DNA from: an uncultured Chloroflexia bacterium
Lineage (GTDB): Bacteria > Chloroflexota > Chloroflexia > Thermomicrobiales > UBA6265
Assembly (NCBI GenBank): GCA_963724295.1
Contig: CAVRUC010000013.1
Location: 320,001 to 384,000, forward strand
Reading direction: 5' to 3'
Length of the DNA: 64,000 nt
Shown here: positions 21,790 to 31,117 of the stretch, one piece after another
Position numbering within the stretch: position 1 is the stretch's first letter
Layout of the letters: the number at the start of each line of letters is the position of its first letter
Notes under the pieces: generated by a model
Seen by the model: the letters and a program-made list of their open reading frames with translations, nothing else
Told to the model about the DNA's origin: nothing
The model's database searches: none
Made by a program: the position numbers and the translations under genes

Positions 21790-22517
21790 CGACCCGGATC
21801 GCAGATCGCGTCATTCGCGGGGCGTGCCGCCTCGCCTCGCGGCGGATCGACTTGCGCGTCGAGGGTCTGGAGCATCTGCCGGCGACCGGACCGGCCATCA
21901 TCGCCGCGCGACACTTTCATCACTTCTACGACGGATGCGCCCTGGTGACGGTCGTACCCCGGCCACTGAAGATCCTCGTCACCCTCGACTGGATGAAAAG
22001 CGCGGCAGGGCTTCGGTTGATGCGAGGAGCCTGTCAGATCGCCAACTGGCCGGTCGTTGTCCGGTCAGACTCTCAGGAGCGGCATAGCGGAGCGACCGCG
22101 GCCAGGAGACAGTTGCTACCAGCCACGCGCGCGTGTGTGGACCTGCTACGCGCGGGGCAGGTCGTGCTGGTCTTTCCTGAGGGCTATCCGAATATCGACC
22201 CCAGCTTCACACCAAAGACAAGCGACGACGCATTCCTCCCATTTCATCCGGGGTTCGTTCGCTTTGCGGCGCTGGCCGAGCGGGATGGCATCACCCGCGT
22301 GCCGATAGTCCCGGTCGGGCTCGCGTATCAGCGTAGTGATCGCTGGCGGGTGACGGTTCGATTTGGCCGGCCGGTGACGCGCTTACCTGACCTGAACTTC
22401 CGAGACCAGGTCTCCGATATCGAGGAGCAGGTGCGGCATCTATCCGGCCTGGAGCGTGCGGTCGGCAGCGAAGAGAGAGCCAGGATCGAGACCCCCATCG
22501 AGCTGGTCCTCAAGTGA
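21765..22517 (+). CDS. Lysophospholipid acyltransferase family (candidate carotenoid glycoside acyltransferase)
   Basis: HFHHFYD (HxxxxD) and VFPEG motifs; start inferred (GTG). Confidence 0.8.
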   Translation: MAHHAEPLTTRIADRVIRGACRLASRRIDLRVEGLEHLPATGPAIIAARHFHHFYDGCALVTVVPRPLKILVTLDWMKSAAGLRLMRGACQIANWPVVVRSDSQERHSGATAARRQLLPATRACVDLLRAGQVVLVFPEGYPNIDPSFTPKTSDDAFLPFHPGFVRFAALAERDGITRVPIVPVGLAYQRSDRWRVTVRFGRPVTRLPDLNFRDQVSDIEEQVRHLSGLERAVGSEERARIETPIELVLK

Positions 22518-22572
22518 CCGGGCCTCAGCCAGGACGAGAGCGCACCGGTCAACTCCGCTGAAAAGAGGTTCC

Positions 22573-22926
22573 ATGCGGATCTGGGACGTGCCGCCGTCGC
22601 TCTTGTGCCGGCAACACCTGCTCGGGGAGCATCGTGAGCTCCACGGGCTCTGGCGCATCCTCACCGAGAATCGCCGGGGCTACGCTCATCATCCGGAAAC
22701 AGACCGCTGGCGGGGCAAGCTCGCGGCGCTCTATCTGCGACACGAGGCGCTATTGGAGGAGATGGCTCGTCGGGGCTTCCGGCACACCAGCCCGCTGGAC
22801 CGGCGACAGGCGACCGGCTCCAGGACCCAAAACGACTTCGTCGATCCTCTGGAAGCGCAGTTTGCGATTCTGCGCGGCAAGGGCTGTGGGTGCGCCGTAC
22901 CCAACGACCGGAACAGCTTCAGATGA
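22573..22926 (+). CDS. Pyrimidine dimer DNA glycosylase / T4 endonuclease V-like protein
   Basis: MRIWD...LCRQHLLGEHRELH, HPET.RW, RHE.L..EM..RG; AGAGG RBS. Confidence 0.8.
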   Translation: MRIWDVPPSLLCRQHLLGEHRELHGLWRILTENRRGYAHHPETDRWRGKLAALYLRHEALLEEMARRGFRHTSPLDRRQATGSRTQNDFVDPLEAQFAILRGKGCGCAVPNDRNSFR

Positions 22927-23009
22927 AAGCATATGCGGTGGAGCCGGCATCACAAATGACGTGATGCCGGCTCCATGGTGATGGCCGAGAACCGCGCTCG
23001 GCAGGGGCT

Positions 23010-23525
23010 CTACGAGACGATGAACGGCCCGGCAGCGGCGAGGACTTCATCCGGGGTGAGGGTCGGATTGACCGCCTCGGGGAAGGGGGACTCACCTTGC
23101 AGTCCATTGAGGTAGGCGGCGTGCCGGGCCTCAACGCCATGGATGGTCAGGGCCGCCGTCAGCAGCTCGTCCTCCTCGATGAGGTACTGGGCCGCTCCCT
23201 GGTAGGCACTGACTCCCGTATTCTCCAGCACCTGCGCGACCCCGATGAACCCGGCCAGATCGGTATAGCCGAAGTCGTACTCGGCTTCCGCCACTGGCTC
23301 ACCACCCAGGTCGGTGATCACCTGGGTGATGGTCTCGACGTGGGCCAGCTCGTGGTCGCGGATCAACCCGAAATAGTCGTAGACATTGGTCGAGTAACCA
23401 GCGGCCATGAAGTCCTCGGCGGCAAACTCCTGGAGCCCGTCCCGGTAGAACGCGTGCTCCAGGTGCTCCAGTGTGAGCGCGTAATTGAGGACGTCAACTG
23501 GTGTATTCAGCATCAATTCTTGCAT
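23010..23525 (-). CDS. Ferritin-like domain protein
   Basis: LNYALTLEHLE..FY, HE..HV, LE.TGVSAY, VEARHAA. Confidence 0.88.
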   Translation of the reverse strand: MQELMLNTPVDVLNYALTLEHLEHAFYRDGLQEFAAEDFMAAGYSTNVYDYFGLIRDHELAHVETITQVITDLGGEPVAEAEYDFGYTDLAGFIGVAQVLENTGVSAYQGAAQYLIEEDELLTAALTIHGVEARHAAYLNGLQGESPFPEAVNPTLTPDEVLAAAGPFIVS

Positions 23526-23612
23526 CGTGGTCCTGCTCCGTATCGCTTGGCGCGGCCCGTAGGGCCAGAAGCGCCTCGTGTTCTGATGTGCCGATCTTCT
23601 GCGAGCCGCGGG

Positions 23613-24281
23613 CTATGAGACGAGGAACGGGCCCGCGATCTCCAGGACTTCGTCCATCGTCAGTGGCGTCTCGAAGGCGGCCGGGAAGGGCAGTTCACCG
23701 TTGAGCAGGTTGAGGTAGGAGGCGTGCCGGGCCTCGACGGCCACGATCGACCCGGCGGCGGTTAGCAGCTCAGGATCCGTGATGAACTGGCCGGCGCCGT
23801 CATAGGCGCTGACACCCGTGTTCTCCAGGGCGGCCGCCGTGGCCAGGAACGCCATCGGATCGGTGTAGGCGTCCCCGAAGTCGTAGGTCGCTTCGGCCAC
23901 CGGCTCTCCGCCCAGGTCGGTGATGACCGAGGTCAGCGTCTCGACGTGGGCGCCTTCGTGGTCCCGGATCGCCGCGAGGTTGGTATCGATGGACTGCCCA
24001 CGACTGTCGTTGCCGAAGGTGAACAGGCCGATGCCATCGCGGTAGAAGGCGTACTCGAGATGCTCCAGCGTCAAAGCGTAGTTGAGGACGTCGATGTCGC
24101 TGGTCAGTTCCTGCGCCGCAGCCATGCCTCGCATGCTGAACGCACCGGACATCGTCGGCAGGGACATGGCGATGGCCGCACCCCCGGCCACCTTCAATGA
24201 GTTGGTAAGCATGCCGCGGCGAGAAAGCCGCCGTCGCTCATCCGCAATCTCGACGAGCAGTCGTTCGTGCAACAGTTTCAC
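23613..24281 (-). CDS. Ferritin-like domain protein with Tat-type signal
   Basis: SRRGML twin-arginine motif; same ferritin motifs as the downstream paralog; GTG start inferred. Confidence 0.85.
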   Translation of the reverse strand: MKLLHERLLVEIADERRRLSRRGMLTNSLKVAGGAAIAMSLPTMSGAFSMRGMAAAQELTSDIDVLNYALTLEHLEYAFYRDGIGLFTFGNDSRGQSIDTNLAAIRDHEGAHVETLTSVITDLGGEPVAEATYDFGDAYTDPMAFLATAAALENTGVSAYDGAGQFITDPELLTAAGSIVAVEARHASYLNLLNGELPFPAAFETPLTMDEVLEIAGPFLVS

Positions 24282-24361
24282 GGGTTGCCCCTTTCGATAG
24301 TGAATCGTCCTGCGCTGCCATATCACAGCGAACGAACTCCGACGGCCGGTACCAACCAGCG

Positions 24362-24410
24362 GATGTATATAAACCTATACTGCAAGTATAGTTTTGTCAA
24401 GGGGGCAACG
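24362..24410 (-). promoter_or_regulatory. Sigma70-type promoter with putative CarH operator for the ferritin-like genes
   Basis: Minus strand TTGACA-17 bp-TAGGTT; dyad CTATACT-GCA-AGTATAG; homologous to 11259-11307. Confidence 0.75.
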
Positions 24411-24696
24411 AGGGGAACCATCATTGTCAGCTCAAACGAGTTGGCAGGGTTCCAGTGATCGCGATCGCTGCTGCAGGGGTGATACGAGAACGTGAAACGC
24501 TCCGGATCCGCCGGGTTGGCAGTCACAACGTGCAGTACGAGACCCAGCCCACATCTGGATCACTCGGACGGGTCCGTTGGGTCCGGGTGGTTGACCACCT
24601 GGTGCCTCCCTCCGGCACACGCCCCGAATGTCACACCGCCTCAGGACGTTGGCGGACGCTCGAGGATGCTCAATGGGCATTACAAGGAGGATCACG

Positions 24697-24930
24697 ATGA
24701 AGCGCACGATTCGGGAATTGCGCGAGGGCCGGGGTGAGTCACGCGCAGATCTTGCCGATGTCCTTGGCGTTACATCCGAGGAGATCGTGAACTGGGAGAC
24801 GGGCAAGGCCGAGCCCACGATCTCGCGGTTGCGGGCGCTGACCGAGCACTTCGGAGTCCGGGACGATCACATCAACCTTCGGCCGGGAGACCCGCCGTCG
24901 CTCGGCGATCGCCTCGCCGAGCTCCTCTGA
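24697..24930 (+). CDS. Small XRE-family helix-turn-helix protein
   Basis: IRELRE..G.S.ADLA..LGV....I.NWETG..EP; AAGGAGG RBS. Confidence 0.85.
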   Translation: MKRTIRELREGRGESRADLADVLGVTSEEIVNWETGKAEPTISRLRALTEHFGVRDDHINLRPGDPPSLGDRLAELL

Positions 24931-25134
24931 GGAGTCCGCGCCGGTGGCAGGGGAGGGCTCGTATCATGGCTTGCTTGTTGTGATGCAGACGACTGCCTCA
25001 ATGGAATGTCTCAACTACTTGGTCGCGGTCTGAACTCCCTCGCTCATGGCATAGCTAGTGCGTAGGCATCGTCGATGAGTTCGGTATCTCCGGACTCTCT
25101 TTTCGTTTTGCAAACAGACTGTTAGGAGCCACTG

Positions 25135-26022
25135 ATGACCTCCAGCCCGACGATGGAGAATCCGCGAGAAGCCGGGGACAAGCCGCCATTCCCCCAGGAG
25201 AGTCTTGAGTACCCGGGCCTCGAGTCGGAGATGACCCCTCGACCCGACTACGGCGAGGAGTCGTACCAGGGCCACGGCCGCTTGCAAGGAAAGGTCGCCC
25301 TCATCACCGGTGGGGACAGCGGCATCGGCCGCGCGGTGGCGCTGGCGTTCGCCCGCGAGGGCGCGGACGTCCTGATCTCCTACCTGAACGAGGACTCCGA
25401 TGCGGGGGAGACGGCGCGGGTCGTGCGCGAGGCGGGCCGGAACGCCGTGGTTGCCCCTGGTGATATCTCGGAGGAAGCGCACTGTCGTTCGCTGGTCGAG
25501 CGGGCGGTTGCGGAGCTGGGTAAGCTCGACATCCTGGTGAACAACGCCGCGTTTCAGATGACCCGGGAAGGCATCGAGCAGATCCCGGATGGCGAGTGGG
25601 AGCACACCTTCAAGACCAACATCTTCGCGATGTACTACCTGTGCAAAGCCGCCTGGCCGCATCTGCAACCGGGCAGCACGATCATCAACACCGCTTCCAT
25701 CCAGGCCTACCAGCCGTCGCCGACGCTCCTTCCCTACGCGAGCACCAAGGGGGCGATCGTCACCTTCTCCAAGGCGCTGGCCCAGGAGGGAGCCGAGAAG
25801 GGGATCCGCGTCAACGTCGTCGCCCCCGGTCCCATCTGGACCCCTCTCATTCCCGCCACCATGCCGGAGGAGAAGGCTCAGCAGTTCGGACAAGATACGC
25901 CGCTGGGTCGCCCGGGTCAGCCCGCGGAGCTGGCGCCGCTCTTCGTCTTCCTGGCCTCGGACGAGTCCAGCTACATCACCGGCGAGGTCGTCGGCGTCAC
26001 CGGCGGCAAGCCGTTGGCGTAG
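25135..26022 (+). CDS. SDR oxidoreductase (YghA/general stress protein-like)
   Basis: TGGDSGIG, NNAA, YASTK, VAPGPIWTPL. Confidence 0.93.
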   Translation: MTSSPTMENPREAGDKPPFPQESLEYPGLESEMTPRPDYGEESYQGHGRLQGKVALITGGDSGIGRAVALAFAREGADVLISYLNEDSDAGETARVVREAGRNAVVAPGDISEEAHCRSLVERAVAELGKLDILVNNAAFQMTREGIEQIPDGEWEHTFKTNIFAMYYLCKAAWPHLQPGSTIINTASIQAYQPSPTLLPYASTKGAIVTFSKALAQEGAEKGIRVNVVAPGPIWTPLIPATMPEEKAQQFGQDTPLGRPGQPAELAPLFVFLASDESSYITGEVVGVTGGKPLA

Positions 26023-26034
26023 GTCCGGCGTCGC

Positions 26035-28581
26035 TCACAGTCGATGATGCTGTCCCGCGGGCGTGGGTATCGCGGCACGGGACATGACTACTGAGGCGGC
26101 GGCTCCTGTCCTCGAGTCGAGGTGATCCAATATCTCGTAGCAGAGCGTGAGCGCTTCTTCGGGGGTAAGCCGTCGTCCTTCCTCGTGGAGCGTGTCGACG
26201 GCTGCCGCACCAAGACGCGCGCGCCCAGCCGCAAGCACCCGGTCATGTTCTTTCCGGGTTGACGGCGGGACTGGACAGGAAAGGGTTTCACGCTCGGCCC
26301 AGGCTGCGCCGAGAAGTCGGACGCCAGCGTGATCTTCACCCGATCGGATGGCCGCGATCGCCGATGCTTCCAGGCACTCGATGGCGCCCCGCTTGTCGCC
26401 CATCTCCGTACGAGTGCGCAGGGCGCGCTGGAGCAATTGCGCCGCACCCGCGGTATCGCCTCGCTGGGAGGCAATCTCGCCGAGGCTGCACTCGGTGTAG
26501 GCAATACCTATCTTCTCTCCCAGGTCCTCAAAGCGATGCAAGCTGTCCGTCAGATAGCGGGCGGCCGCAGCTGTGTCTCCCCGCAGCCGTGCAATCTCTC
26601 CGAGGTTGTAGACCGAGTAAGCGCTACCCACCGCATCGTACACCAGTTCGCGCAGGCGGAGCGCTTCTTCCTGGTATTCCTGGGCGCTGTCGAAATCTCC
26701 CTGGGCAAGGAGCACGTCGCCTAGATTGGTGAGAGAGAGCGCCATGCCAAAGAAATCGTGGCGCAGCTGACGCCGTTCCAGGCTTTCTCTATGGAGTGCG
26801 AGCGCGCCATCGTAATCGCCAAGCCACACCGCAACGATGCCAAGGTTGTTCAGAGCGTCAGCAATCCCATCGCTGTCGGCGAGCTGGCGTCGTAGCGCTA
26901 GCGCCTCCTCGTAGTGCTGCCGCGCCTGCGTGTATTCAGCGCTGTCACCCAGCAAGTTGCCCAGCGCGTTATGGGCATCGGCGCGCACGTTCAATGGCGC
27001 CTCGGCAACGCCCGGAAGCCGGAGGGCGCGCTCGAGCCAGGACTGCCCCTCGATCAGGCGGCCCCGTGCCGTCCAATACCGCCACAAGGCCCTAGCCAAT
27101 CGCAGCGCTGACTCGGCCGAACCATGCTCCAGGCTCCAGAGCAACGCGGCCCGGATGTTGGCGTCCTCGACGTCGAGACGGGCTAACCACGTTGGCTGCT
27201 GGGCACCGACCAACCCCCGGTAGGCGTCCTCGGCCAGGGAGAGAAAGTAGTCAGTGTGGAGCTGTTCAATAGCCGAGCCCTGATCGTCTTCCTCTCCCAG
27301 GCGATCCGAAGCGAACTCGCGCAGCGTCTCGAGCATCGCGAAGCGACTCTCCTCATGCGGCTGCTCAACGACCTGGACCAGGCTCGCACGTGCGAGTGCT
27401 TCCAACCCTTCCAGCACGTTCAGGTCGTGCCCACTGCTTACCATCTCTGCCGCTTCCAGCGTCCAACCGCCGACGAAGACCGCCAGGCGACGAAAGAGCG
27501 CCTGTTCGTGCGGCGCGAGCAGGTCATAGCTCCAGGCAATCGCATCCCGCATCGTGCGCTGTCGCGGCGCCAGGTCCCGGCCGCCACCAGTCAGCAGGAG
27601 CAGTCGCTTCTCGAGACGGTCCAGTAGCTCATTGGGTGGCAGAACCTTGATCCATGCCGCGGCCAGTTCGATGGCCAGGGGCAGGCCGTCGAGACGGCGA
27701 CAAATCGCGGCGACAGCGGGAGCGTTATCTATGGTGAGCGCAAACTCCGGGTGATTCGCGGTTGCGCGCTCGATGAATAGCGCGACCGCGGGGGCACGCG
27801 CTGTCTCGTCGAGACCCGTTTGTGGGCCGCTCGGCGGAAGCGGCAAGGGGGACAACGGAAACACGCGTTCACCCCGGACGCGCAGGATCTCCCGGCTCGT
27901 GGCGAGCACCGAGAGGTGCGAACAGACCGCTAGCAGCGCGGCGATGTCCGGAGCGGCATCGAGGACCTGTTCGACGTTGTCGGTGATGAGCAGCAGATGT
28001 TTCAGCGCCAGGAACTGGGACAGCGTGTCCAGCGGTCGTTCCCCGGGGCGCTCGCGCACGCCGACTGCGCTGGCAATCGTGGAAGGAACCAGAGCCGCAT
28101 CGGTCAGTGGCGCCAGATCGACGAAGACGACGCCATCGCCGAATTCGCCCTGCAGCCGTGCGCCGACTTCGACGGCCAGGCGGGTCTTACCCGAGCCCCC
28201 GACGCCAGTCAGGGTCACCAGCCGCGCGTCGGCGTTCCTGACAAGCGCTGACAGGTCGGTGAGCTCCTGCTCCCGTCCGAGGAGCGCGGTGAGGGGTAGC
28301 GGGAGCGGCGCATAGTCACCGGGAGTGCCGTTCTGCGTCTCCGGAAGCCGTACCGGGCGGGCAGCAGCGAGGAGCAACCGCCGCTCAGCGGGGTTGAGGG
28401 CCAGAGCATCCGCCAGGAGACGCACCGTGGTGAGATGCGGCGCCCGTCGCACGCCACGCTCCAGGTCGCTGACTCCGCGCGGACTCAGCCCAGCGCGCTC
28501 GGCCAGCGCTTCCTGCGAGAGCGCGGCCGATGTCCGTAGCTGCCGAAGGACCGCGCTGAAAGCGGCAGCGTCACCGCTCAT
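26035..28581 (-). CDS. XRE-HTH + P-loop ATPase + TPR regulator
   Basis: N-terminal HTH, GVGGSGKT Walker A, DNVE, LDGLPLAIELAA, C-terminal TPRs. Confidence 0.9.
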   Translation of the reverse strand: MSGDAAAFSAVLRQLRTSAALSQEALAERAGLSPRGVSDLERGVRRAPHLTTVRLLADALALNPAERRLLLAAARPVRLPETQNGTPGDYAPLPLPLTALLGREQELTDLSALVRNADARLVTLTGVGGSGKTRLAVEVGARLQGEFGDGVVFVDLAPLTDAALVPSTIASAVGVRERPGERPLDTLSQFLALKHLLLITDNVEQVLDAAPDIAALLAVCSHLSVLATSREILRVRGERVFPLSPLPLPPSGPQTGLDETARAPAVALFIERATANHPEFALTIDNAPAVAAICRRLDGLPLAIELAAAWIKVLPPNELLDRLEKRLLLLTGGGRDLAPRQRTMRDAIAWSYDLLAPHEQALFRRLAVFVGGWTLEAAEMVSSGHDLNVLEGLEALARASLVQVVEQPHEESRFAMLETLREFASDRLGEEDDQGSAIEQLHTDYFLSLAEDAYRGLVGAQQPTWLARLDVEDANIRAALLWSLEHGSAESALRLARALWRYWTARGRLIEGQSWLERALRLPGVAEAPLNVRADAHNALGNLLGDSAEYTQARQHYEEALALRRQLADSDGIADALNNLGIVAVWLGDYDGALALHRESLERRQLRHDFFGMALSLTNLGDVLLAQGDFDSAQEYQEEALRLRELVYDAVGSAYSVYNLGEIARLRGDTAAAARYLTDSLHRFEDLGEKIGIAYTECSLGEIASQRGDTAGAAQLLQRALRTRTEMGDKRGAIECLEASAIAAIRSGEDHAGVRLLGAAWAERETLSCPVPPSTRKEHDRVLAAGRARLGAAAVDTLHEEGRRLTPEEALTLCYEILDHLDSRTGAAASVVMSRAAIPTPAGQHHRL

Positions 28582-28679
28582 GAGACGTCGCTCCTGACCA
28601 TGCACGTCGGTCGAGCCCGAGCCCGCCGGAGGTCAATCGAGAGTTTATCCGAACTTAAAAGACAGGGGCAATCTGGGCT

Positions 28680-28830
28680 GACCTGGCCGTCCCTTTGTGG
28701 CCTGCTGCTCTCCCTCGGCTTGAGCTGCTCGGCCCCGGCGTTCGCTCTGTGGGCCCACGGACTGCGGCACCTGACGGCCCAGAACGCGATCATCGCCGCC
28801 CTGCAGCTGCCGGTCGGTTTAGGGACCGCG
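28680..28830 (+). pseudogene. Relic of an EamA/DMT transporter
   Basis: Translates LLSLGLSCSAPAFALWAHGLRHLTAQNAIIAALQLPVGL, resembling an EamA C-terminal repeat; no intact start or end. Confidence 0.4.
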
Positions 28831-28836
28831 GCGCTA

Positions 28837-28898
28837 ACGAGTCCGGCTACATCACCGGCAAGGTCGCGGGAGTCACTGGCGGCAAGCCGTTGGCCTAG
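28837..28898 (+). repeat. Degenerate direct copy of the last 62 bp of the SDR gene (25961-26022)
   Basis: 55/62 identical by manual alignment; both end GGKPLA-stop. Confidence 0.9.
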
Positions 28899-29174
28899 AA
28901 GGGCTGTTAGAGGCCGAAGTTTCCACCGCCAACCTGATCGCGGATGAACGGTGTTGCTGTTACTTGCGGTGATACGAGACCTATCCAGGCCACGTTTATG
29001 TCCGCCGACCGGTCAGGCCCGGTCGGGTGCAGTTACAATCATGTCGAAGCACCTATCCCACTCAGATGACGACCAGTGGGGCTTTTTACTGAGCCTCGGA
29101 TAACACTGGGCTTGAGCATGGGAGATCGGTAGGCTCCACCATCTCGGGACCAAGTAATCGAAACGGATCAATCG

Positions 29175-30050
29175 ATGATTACCTATGTTGACGACGGACT
29201 TTTCACGGCACCTGCGCAAACACTCGTAAACGCAGTGAACACCGTAGGAGTGATGGGCCGCGGCGTTGCAAGAGAATTTCGCCTGTTGTTTCCAGAGATG
29301 TTTATTGCTTACAAACGTCACTGCAAACAACATTTGCTTACCCCGGGTACCTTGCACCTCTTTCGGACACCAAATAAATGGATTCTTAACATTCCGACAA
29401 AGCGTCACTGGCAGCCGCCATCGCGCCTATCAGACATTGAGGCGGGACTGCGTACCTTTGCCTGCGCCTATCAGCGATCAGGTATCACTTCAGCTGCGTT
29501 TCCGCAATTGGGATGTGGCACAGGCGGTCTGGATTGGGATCGTCAAGTCCGTCCGCTAATGGAATCCATTCTTGGCGGCCTTCCGATTCCAGTCAGCGTG
29601 CACCTGTACGCTTCAGATCCGGTGCTTCCCATCCTCCCCAACGGTTTTGCCACTGAGCTCACAGAAACTCCAAACGACCTCCGCATTGACACATTCGTCC
29701 ATGACTTCCTTCTACTAAAGAATTCACCACCCTCCGGTAGCGTGCCAAATACCAGCGATCTAGAGATAAGCAATCTCTACACCGCCCTTCAGCGCACGGG
29801 CTATGCATCGCTCTATTCAGTATCCTCCGCTGACCTAGGTCATATTGGAGCCCTTCTTGACCTGGGCAGCCGTCTACCATATATGGCTCGAGCCACCGTA
29901 TATCGCCAAGGCGACCGCGCCGGGCCCGTGGCTGCCCTCTCGTTACGGCCCGGTTATCGCCTCCAACAGCAACAGTCTTCATCAATGCAGGACAATATTG
30001 AGGAACTGCTGTGGATACAACCGATCCAGAAGCCACTGCCAATTTCATAA
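29175..30050 (+). CDS. darG: Macrodomain ADP-ribosylhydrolase, DarG-like antitoxin
   Basis: LVNAVNTVGVMGRGVA..F, NIPTKRHW, AFPQLGCGTGGLDW. Confidence 0.88.
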   Translation: MITYVDDGLFTAPAQTLVNAVNTVGVMGRGVAREFRLLFPEMFIAYKRHCKQHLLTPGTLHLFRTPNKWILNIPTKRHWQPPSRLSDIEAGLRTFACAYQRSGITSAAFPQLGCGTGGLDWDRQVRPLMESILGGLPIPVSVHLYASDPVLPILPNGFATELTETPNDLRIDTFVHDFLLLKNSPPSGSVPNTSDLEISNLYTALQRTGYASLYSVSSADLGHIGALLDLGSRLPYMARATVYRQGDRAGPVAALSLRPGYRLQQQQSSSMQDNIEELLWIQPIQKPLPIS

Positions 30051-31012
30051 CTGGGCTAGCCCAATCGCCTTGGTTACGAGAGTATCAGAGAGATTGGCCG
30101 TATTATCTATTCCATGTTGCTGATGTGAACAATGCCGTTGGGATTATAATGCGTAACAGGATCTATTCACGAGATAGGGGCATCTTGGAAGACGCTATCT
30201 ATGTTGATAGCGGAAATACAAACGTTCTCACACAGCAATCTCCGTTCGTATCAGCACATGCGCGATTTTATTTTAGGCCCAATACGCCGGCACTGTATCA
30301 CGCGGAAGGAGTTCGGCCGCCGAGCAGGTATCGATCAGGTGCTTGTCCGGTTCCGGTAGCATTCCTGTTTGACTCGGTACCATTGTTGACGTCTAAAGGA
30401 GCGAAGTTCTCGAATGGAAATACAGCAAATCGGGACTGGGTATCAATTGGCAATTCCTTGCGATTTTTAGAAGACCTACCGTTCGATCTTATTTATCATG
30501 ACAGCTCAATATCATCGATGGATGGTGATATCGTATTTCACCGGCACGCTGAAGTGCTCATACCGGACGAGATTGATCTTACGTTTCTTCAGAAACTGTG
30601 CTTTCGGAGTGGCGCTGAGCTTCAAACATTCCTGGCATTGCTGGAGTATGAAGGAGGTAATCGAGCGGACCTAGAAAAAATGGCGAATTTAGCCGTCGTG
30701 GACCGATCAGTGTTTTCGTGTTGTTTTCCTTCAGTTACCGGGGGGAGCGTGTTCGGTGGCTCAACGTCATTTTACATCCACTGGGGTCAGCCGTTCCGAT
30801 ACGGTTTGTCCCTTCCCATACATTTTGAGGCAGCCATTTTTTGGGCGATGCCGGGTGGTGCGGTTTCAGTGAAGCAGCCGTTGTCGCTGAAGGCGGAAAC
30901 GACAATTCTGAGTGTAACGACTCCTGAGAATGCGAGGAGCGAACGTGTGTTTGTGGCGTTAGAACTTGATGAGCAGCTCGCGTTCGCGTCGTACTTCGAT
31001 ACGCGAGCGTGA
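30011..31012 (+). CDS. darT: DarT-like (DUF4433) DNA ADP-ribosyltransferase toxin
   Basis: LFH...N...I...IYSR, RFYFRPNTP.LY, FSNGN, RHAEVLIP (catalytic Glu); overlaps darG by 40 bp. Confidence 0.8.
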   Translation: MDTTDPEATANFITGLAQSPWLREYQRDWPYYLFHVADVNNAVGIIMRNRIYSRDRGILEDAIYVDSGNTNVLTQQSPFVSAHARFYFRPNTPALYHAEGVRPPSRYRSGACPVPVAFLFDSVPLLTSKGAKFSNGNTANRDWVSIGNSLRFLEDLPFDLIYHDSSISSMDGDIVFHRHAEVLIPDEIDLTFLQKLCFRSGAELQTFLALLEYEGGNRADLEKMANLAVVDRSVFSCCFPSVTGGSVFGGSTSFYIHWGQPFRYGLSLPIHFEAAIFWAMPGGAVSVKQPLSLKAETTILSVTTPENARSERVFVALELDEQLAFASYFDTRA

Positions 31013-31117
31013 TGCGCTAGGATTGGTGGTGACATTATCCTCGAGGACAATTGCTGTCATTAGTTAAGTCGGCTGCAAGCTGAGCCAGGGATTTGGACGG
31101 CACGAGTGAGTAACGGG

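Noticed and set aside
26035..28581. Avs/NLR-like antiviral STAND protein
   Set aside because: Architecture (XRE HTH + ATPase with GLPLAIELAA + TPR) fits the widespread regulator family, and there is no nuclease, TIR or other effector domain
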